DNA of 64,000 bases from positions 320,001 through 384,000 of the forward strand of contig CBDBCF010000001.1 of the NCBI GenBank assembly GCA_965202985.1, read 5' to 3'. The position numbers and the translations under genes are program-made. The stretch comes from Longimicrobiales bacterium (GTDB lineage: Bacteria > Gemmatimonadota > Gemmatimonadetes > Longimicrobiales > Gaopeijiaceae). Under the pieces are notes generated by a model. The model worked only from the letters and a program-made list of their open reading frames with translations, had not been told where the DNA came from and did not search any database. Shown in pieces: positions 59,343 through 64,000 of this stretch (within the stretch, counting starts at the first letter, position 1; the number at the start of each line of letters is the position of its first letter).

Positions 59343-60247
59343 CCGTCGCCTTCGGGCGCCACCCGGTCGGCCCGGAAGGTGGGCACCTCGAAGACGTAGG
59401 GGCTGTCGGGCGTGGCGGCCCGGAAGTTGCCCTCCTGCTCCGTCAGCCACAGCACGGCCACGTCGTTCCCGTCCGCGTCCACGGCGCGCACGGTCCGGTC
59501 GGCGGCTGACTCCGAAGGCCGCTCGGCGTCTTCCGGCGCGAACCCGGTGGCCCGCAGGCCGGCCAGCTCGCGCAAGATGTCGCGCACCTTGGTTTCGCCA
59601 GCCTCCTCGCCGTCCACGGTCCACGACGAGTCCTGGCGCTCGTACCGCCACTCCTGGCCGCTCCGCGCCACGTGGATCGCGGCGACGGCGGCCGTGTCGG
59701 CCTCCAGCACCACCTTGTTTCGCCAGTCCAGGAGCGGGCGGGCCGCGGCGGAGCGCAGGTCGCCCCGGATCAGGCTGGCTTGGTCCGCACCCGGCAACCG
59801 CGCGTAGGCGGTGCGGAAGCGCGTGCCGGCCTTGCCCAGCAAGACGCGCGCGTCCTCGTCTCCGAAGGACAGCGTCCAGGCGTTCGCGTCGTCCACGCCC
59901 AGCCGTTCGTGGTTGGCGGGGTTCGTGGCGGCGACCGAAGCCACCTCCACATCGTCCACAGCGCGCAGCAGTCGGGACACCGCGCCCGAGTCCGCCTCGA
60001 AGCCGTTCACGGTCCAGTCGTCCCCGTCCGCCACCAGCAAAAGGGTCTCGCGGGCGTCGGCGGATTCGGGACCGGCGATCTCGATCCGCTCCAAGTCGTC
60101 GGCGTCCAGCGCGTCCAGGACGCCCGCCAGGGCCGGGTCGCCTTCCACGCCTCCGCCTCCGCCGCGCCCCAGCACGGTGACCAGCAGGTACAAGGCGGTG
60201 ACCGCCGCCAGAAAGTACAGCGACATCCGCAACGTCTTCTCGCTCAC
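59339..60247 (-). CDS. DUF4340-like periplasmic protein of the Gld-type ABC operon
   Basis: N-terminal TM, two internal W.V.G.EA repeats, DWRNK motif; GTGA overlap. Confidence 0.7.
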   Translation of the reverse strand: MSEKTLRMSLYFLAAVTALYLLVTVLGRGGGGGVEGDPALAGVLDALDADDLERIEIAGPESADARETLLLVADGDDWTVNGFEADSGAVSRLLRAVDDVEVASVAATNPANHERLGVDDANAWTLSFGDEDARVLLGKAGTRFRTAYARLPGADQASLIRGDLRSAAARPLLDWRNKVVLEADTAAVAAIHVARSGQEWRYERQDSSWTVDGEEAGETKVRDILRELAGLRATGFAPEDAERPSESAADRTVRAVDADGNDVAVLWLTEQEGNFRAATPDSPYVFEVPTFRADRVAPEGDG

Positions 60248-62586
60248 GATTCGCCTCCTTGCCAGCGCCGCTGGGCTCGGCGCTCGCGGCCCGCGACCCG
60301 CGCGAACCCGAAGGCGACGAACAGCAGCGGCACGCCCGCCAACGACGCCCACTTGAAGGCGCTCTGCCTGATCTCGGACTCGAAGACGAGCGCGGGCGGA
60401 CTGCGGTCCTTGGACCGAATGCCGATCAGCGCCTCGTCCTGGGCCAGCCAGTCCACGGCGTTGGCGGCGAAGATCACGTTCTGCGGGTTCGCCTGGGCGA
60501 AGCGGTCCTCCAGGAAGTCGCCGTCGCCCACGGCCACGATGCGGCCGCCGGGCCGCGCTTCCGAGCCGCCGCTCGAGCCGCCGTCGTCCGCCGCCGAGTC
60601 CGCATCGTCCGCTTCCGCCCGTGCCTCGTTGCCGTCCGCGGGACCGCCGCCGTTGTCCGCCTCGCCGTCCTCCGCCAAGCTCGGATCCACGGCGACCGCA
60701 AGCACCTGCACGCCCAGCTCGTCCTGTTCGACGGCGATCTCCATGCTGGGATCGATCATGGAACCGGCCGGACGGGCGCCGCCGTACTCGGTGGTGGTCC
60801 AGAGCGGCGCCACCGCCGGATCGCCCTCGTCCCACGTGAACGGCGCGGCCCAGCCGAAGGTCACGTTCTGCAAGTCGCGCGTGGTGGCGTGCGCTCCGCC
60901 GGGGAACGACACGGGCCAGAACGGGTACGGGCGAATCACGCTGAAGATGCCCTGCCGCCCCACGTTCACGTTCTCGGCCGATCGCAGGTCGAACGCCAAG
61001 CCGCTCTCGGCGTCCACCCCCCGCGCTTCCACGAGGTCCTCCAAGCCCGTCTCGACCGGCGTGGACATGGGGGCCTGCGGGTTGAGGACGTGGCGCTCCA
61101 TGAGGAACAAGGCCGCGCCGCCCGCATCCAAGTACGCGTCCACGGCGTCCGCCACCTCCGGGGCCACCGCCTGCGCGGGCGCCGCCGCCACCAGCACGTC
61201 GATGGAATCGGGGCGAAGCGCCCCCGCCGAGTCGTCCTCGACCCGCAGGCTGGTCACGTGGTAGCGGTCGGCGATGCTCTCCCGGAAGGTGCGGTAGTGG
61301 AAGGGCGACTTGGCTTCGGCGTCGGTCATGAACGCCACGACGGGCTTCCGCTGCATGGTCATGGCCGCCACCGACGACACCAGCCGGAACTCCAAGTCGT
61401 CGGCCCGATCCAGCACGGGGATCGTCTCCTGCTCGTCGGCGTAGGTCATGGCCAAGCCGAAGTAGCCGCGCTTGACCTGGAATTCGTCGTCGCGCAGCAC
61501 GTTGAACTCGATGGGGGAGATGCCCAGCGACCGGGCCTCTTCGTCGGCCGCCTCGTCGTCGTCAGGGTTGATCTCCTGGGCGGCGAGCATCCCGTTGGAA
61601 GCGGTCTCCAGGTCGGCCACCAAGTCCCGCACGTCGCGGAGTATCAGCTGGACCTCGGGCGGCAGGTCGTCGCTGACGAAGAGCTTCAGGCTCACGACGT
61701 CGTCCAGGTCGCCCAGGATCTCCCGGCTGCCGTCGGACAGCGTGAACAGGTTGTTTCGGGTCAGGTCGAAGCGACCTCGGACGTGGCCGCCCAGAAGGTT
61801 GAGCACCAGGACGCCCAAGGCGATGACGCCGGCGCCTGCCCGGAGTCGTCGGAACGCGCCGCCCTCGCGGCTCAGGCGCTCCCGCCCCAGGGCCGCCACC
61901 GCGAGCAGCAGGAAGAGCCCGCAGGTGGAGGCGAAGTAGAGCAGGTCCCGCAGGTCCACCACGCCCCTGGCCACGTTCTCGAAGTGGCTGATCACCGACA
62001 GCTGGGAGGCCCACGCGCCCAGCATCCGGGGCAGGCCGATCTGGACCACGGGGGTGCCGATCAGCACCAGCAGGAAGCACGTGAACGCGCCGAAGATGAA
62101 CGCCGTTATCTGGTTGCGGGTCATCGACGACGCCCACAGCCCGACGGCCGTCATCTGGGCCGCCAGAAGCGCGGCGCCGGCGTACTGGGCGAAGATGATC
62201 CCCGGGTCCGCCTCGGACGCCAGCCAGACGCCGACGGCCATCGGAAGGGTGCCGGCCAGCGTGACCATGACGAACGCCCAGTTGCCCAGGAACTTGCCGG
62301 TCACGATCTCGGCCTCGCTCAGCGGCTGGGCCAGCAGCCACTCCAGCGTTCGGCTGCGACGCTCCTCGGCCAGGCTCTTCATGGCCACCGCGGGCACGAA
62401 CACCACGTACAGCCACGGCAGCAGGTCGAAGAACGGGCGCAGCGTGGCCCGGCCCATGGCGAAGAGCGACCGGAACGACAGGTAGAGGCCCAGGCCCAGG
62501 AACGCCACGGCCAGCACGTACGCCGTGGGCTGGTCGAAGAAGCTCCGGAGCTCGCGGCGGGCCACCAGCAGGGTCTGCTTGATCAT
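60244..62586 (-). CDS. GldF-like permease fused to GldG-like auxiliary domain
   Basis: ARRELRSFF, AEERRSRTLEWLL..P, GKFLG, RFDLTRNNLFTLS, NAVDWLAQDEALIGIRSK. Confidence 0.85.
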   Translation of the reverse strand: MIKQTLLVARRELRSFFDQPTAYVLAVAFLGLGLYLSFRSLFAMGRATLRPFFDLLPWLYVVFVPAVAMKSLAEERRSRTLEWLLAQPLSEAEIVTGKFLGNWAFVMVTLAGTLPMAVGVWLASEADPGIIFAQYAGAALLAAQMTAVGLWASSMTRNQITAFIFGAFTCFLLVLIGTPVVQIGLPRMLGAWASQLSVISHFENVARGVVDLRDLLYFASTCGLFLLLAVAALGRERLSREGGAFRRLRAGAGVIALGVLVLNLLGGHVRGRFDLTRNNLFTLSDGSREILGDLDDVVSLKLFVSDDLPPEVQLILRDVRDLVADLETASNGMLAAQEINPDDDEAADEEARSLGISPIEFNVLRDDEFQVKRGYFGLAMTYADEQETIPVLDRADDLEFRLVSSVAAMTMQRKPVVAFMTDAEAKSPFHYRTFRESIADRYHVTSLRVEDDSAGALRPDSIDVLVAAAPAQAVAPEVADAVDAYLDAGGAALFLMERHVLNPQAPMSTPVETGLEDLVEARGVDAESGLAFDLRSAENVNVGRQGIFSVIRPYPFWPVSFPGGAHATTRDLQNVTFGWAAPFTWDEGDPAVAPLWTTTEYGGARPAGSMIDPSMEIAVEQDELGVQVLAVAVDPSLAEDGEADNGGGPADGNEARAEADDADSAADDGGSSGGSEARPGGRIVAVGDGDFLEDRFAQANPQNVIFAANAVDWLAQDEALIGIRSKDRSPPALVFESEIRQSAFKWASLAGVPLLFVAFGFARVAGRERRAQRRWQGGES

Positions 62587-63572
62587 GAGGCGTCCTCCGG
62601 GTCCCCGTCGGTTGCGGGGTCGGCGGCGGCCGCCTCGGGGTCGGCCCCAGCCGGCTCCGCCGTCAGGTCGCGGAAGAGCTGCTCGAGGGTTTCTCGCTCC
62701 CGGCGCAACTCCCACAGCACCCAGCCGCTGGCCGCCGCCAGCTTGAAGATCTCGGGGCGCAGCTCGCTGTCGCCGCCGGTGTCCAGCTGCACCCGAACTC
62801 GACCGTTCACCGGCTCGGCGGCGTGCTCTCGAACGCCCGGCAGCGCCGCCAAGGCGTCGGACACGCCGTCGCCTTCGGCCTCCACGACGTAGCGCGCGCC
62901 CCGTCGGCGTTCGTTCATGAGTTCGGCCACCGTGCCGTCGGCGGCAATCGCACCCCGCGAGATCACGAGCAGGCGGTCGCAGGTGGCCTCCACCTCCTGC
63001 ATGACGTGCGTGCTCAAGATCACGGTGCGCTCGCTGCCCAGGGAGCTCACGAGCTTGCGGATCTCCACGCGCTGGTTGGGGTCGAGGCCTTCCGTGGGCT
63101 CGTCCAGCACCAGAATCTCCGGCTGGTGAAGGATGGCGCCGGCCATTCCCGTGCGTTGGCGGTAGCCCTTGGACAGCTCGGCGACGGGCCTGAAGAACAC
63201 GTCCGCCAACCCCGTTTCTTCAACGGCCCGGCCGATCCCGTCTCGCGCCTCGGCTTCGTCCATGCCCCGCAGCCGCGCCACGAACTCCAGGAACTCGCAG
63301 ACGAGCATGTCGTCGTACAAGGGGTTGGCCTCGGGCAGGTACCCCACGCGCGACTTCGCCCCGGTCAGGTCGTCGGCGATGGGCCGACCGTCGAACCGGA
63401 TCGCCCCTTCGTCGGGCTGGAGCGTGCCCGTCAACATCCTCATGGTCGTGGTCTTCCCGGCCCCGTTTGGTCCCAGAAAGCCGACGACCTCGCCACGGTC
63501 CACCTCGAAGCTGGCTTGGTCCACCGCCACGATCGAGCCGTAGCGCTTGGTCACCCCTTCGACGGAGATCAT
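62583..63572 (-). CDS. ABC transporter ATP-binding protein (GldA-like)
   Basis: GPNGAGKTT, LSKGYRQR, LDEPTEGLDPNQ, STH. Confidence 0.92.
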   Translation of the reverse strand: MISVEGVTKRYGSIVAVDQASFEVDRGEVVGFLGPNGAGKTTTMRMLTGTLQPDEGAIRFDGRPIADDLTGAKSRVGYLPEANPLYDDMLVCEFLEFVARLRGMDEAEARDGIGRAVEETGLADVFFRPVAELSKGYRQRTGMAGAILHQPEILVLDEPTEGLDPNQRVEIRKLVSSLGSERTVILSTHVMQEVEATCDRLLVISRGAIAADGTVAELMNERRRGARYVVEAEGDGVSDALAALPGVREHAAEPVNGRVRVQLDTGGDSELRPEIFKLAAASGWVLWELRRERETLEQLFRDLTAEPAGADPEAAAADPATDGDPEDAS

Positions 63573-63833
63573 CCTTCCTCCTGTGCCTCTGGTTGTCGTT
63601 CGTCAAGCTGATTGCCGGCGCCAATTGTAGGGTTTCGGGAAGGTCCTGTCCAGCGGACTTGCCCGAAGCGATGCCGGTGGCCAATCTGTTACCGGATCGT
63701 GCCGCGGATCGCCCGCGGCGCGGCTATCGTTCGTTGCCTGCGCCGGGTGGTGGCGGGCGCGACTTCCGGAACCCAGATTGTTCGCGAGGCGGCGCGCCTC
63801 TACGAACGCACCCAACTCGAGGAGGACGAGAGG

Positions 63834-64000
63834 ATGAAGATGAAGGTGGTTGGCCTGGCCGCTCTATTGGCGATTGCCGCCGTGCCCCTTGGCGCGGAAG
63901 CGCAACAGGCGGGATCGGTCACCGGGTCCGTCACGGCCAGCGGTTCCGCGGCGGCGAACGCCCAGGTGGTGCTGTCGCAGACCGAGACCGGGGCCCAGTA
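63834..64000 (+). CDS. 5' end of an exported protein, probably a TonB-dependent receptor with carboxypeptidase-regulatory-like domain (partial)
   Basis: GGAGG RBS; MKMKVVGLAALLAIAAVPLGAEAQQAGSVTGSVT...ANAQVVLSQTETGAQ. Confidence 0.6.
   Translation, partial: MKMKVVGLAALLAIAAVPLGAEAQQAGSVTGSVTASGSAAANAQVVLSQTETGAQ

Noticed and set aside
1..64000. tRNA, rRNA or prophage genes
   Set aside because: None recognised by eye; tRNAscan-SE/Infernal would be needed to exclude small RNAs

Overview
High-GC bacterial window. Gene content (TAT-exported oxidoreductases, TolB-like/TPR membrane protein, Gld-type ABC, DUF4143 AAA ATPases) is compatible with a Gemmatimonadota-like organism, which is an inference. 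The backbone carries dnaE, hydrolases, ABC transporters and a GMC oxidoreductase operon. It also carries a heme-copper oxidase-superfamily operon whose active-site Tyr is replaced by Gln (HSSQQ, eNOR-like nitric oxide reductase), next to a divergent cytochrome b/ferredoxin/MvhD-like fusion. A ~24 kb defence island (~31.0-54.6 kb) holds two systems. The first is a Helicase+DUF2290 pair inactivated by an ISL3 insertion (8-bp target duplication) and a frameshift. The second is a complete type 1 BREX locus (brxA-brxB-brxC-pglX-pglZ-brxL) with inserted cargo. In that locus pglX is frameshifted at a G11 tract (candidate phase variation), and a non-coding, hierarchically repeated array of eight 9-bp-stem inverted repeats lies directly upstream of pglZ. 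A separate low-GC two-gene unit (STAND-like ATPase plus unknown protein, 16.3-19.8 kb) is a candidate undescribed defence system. All family calls come from motif recognition by eye; no database searches were run.
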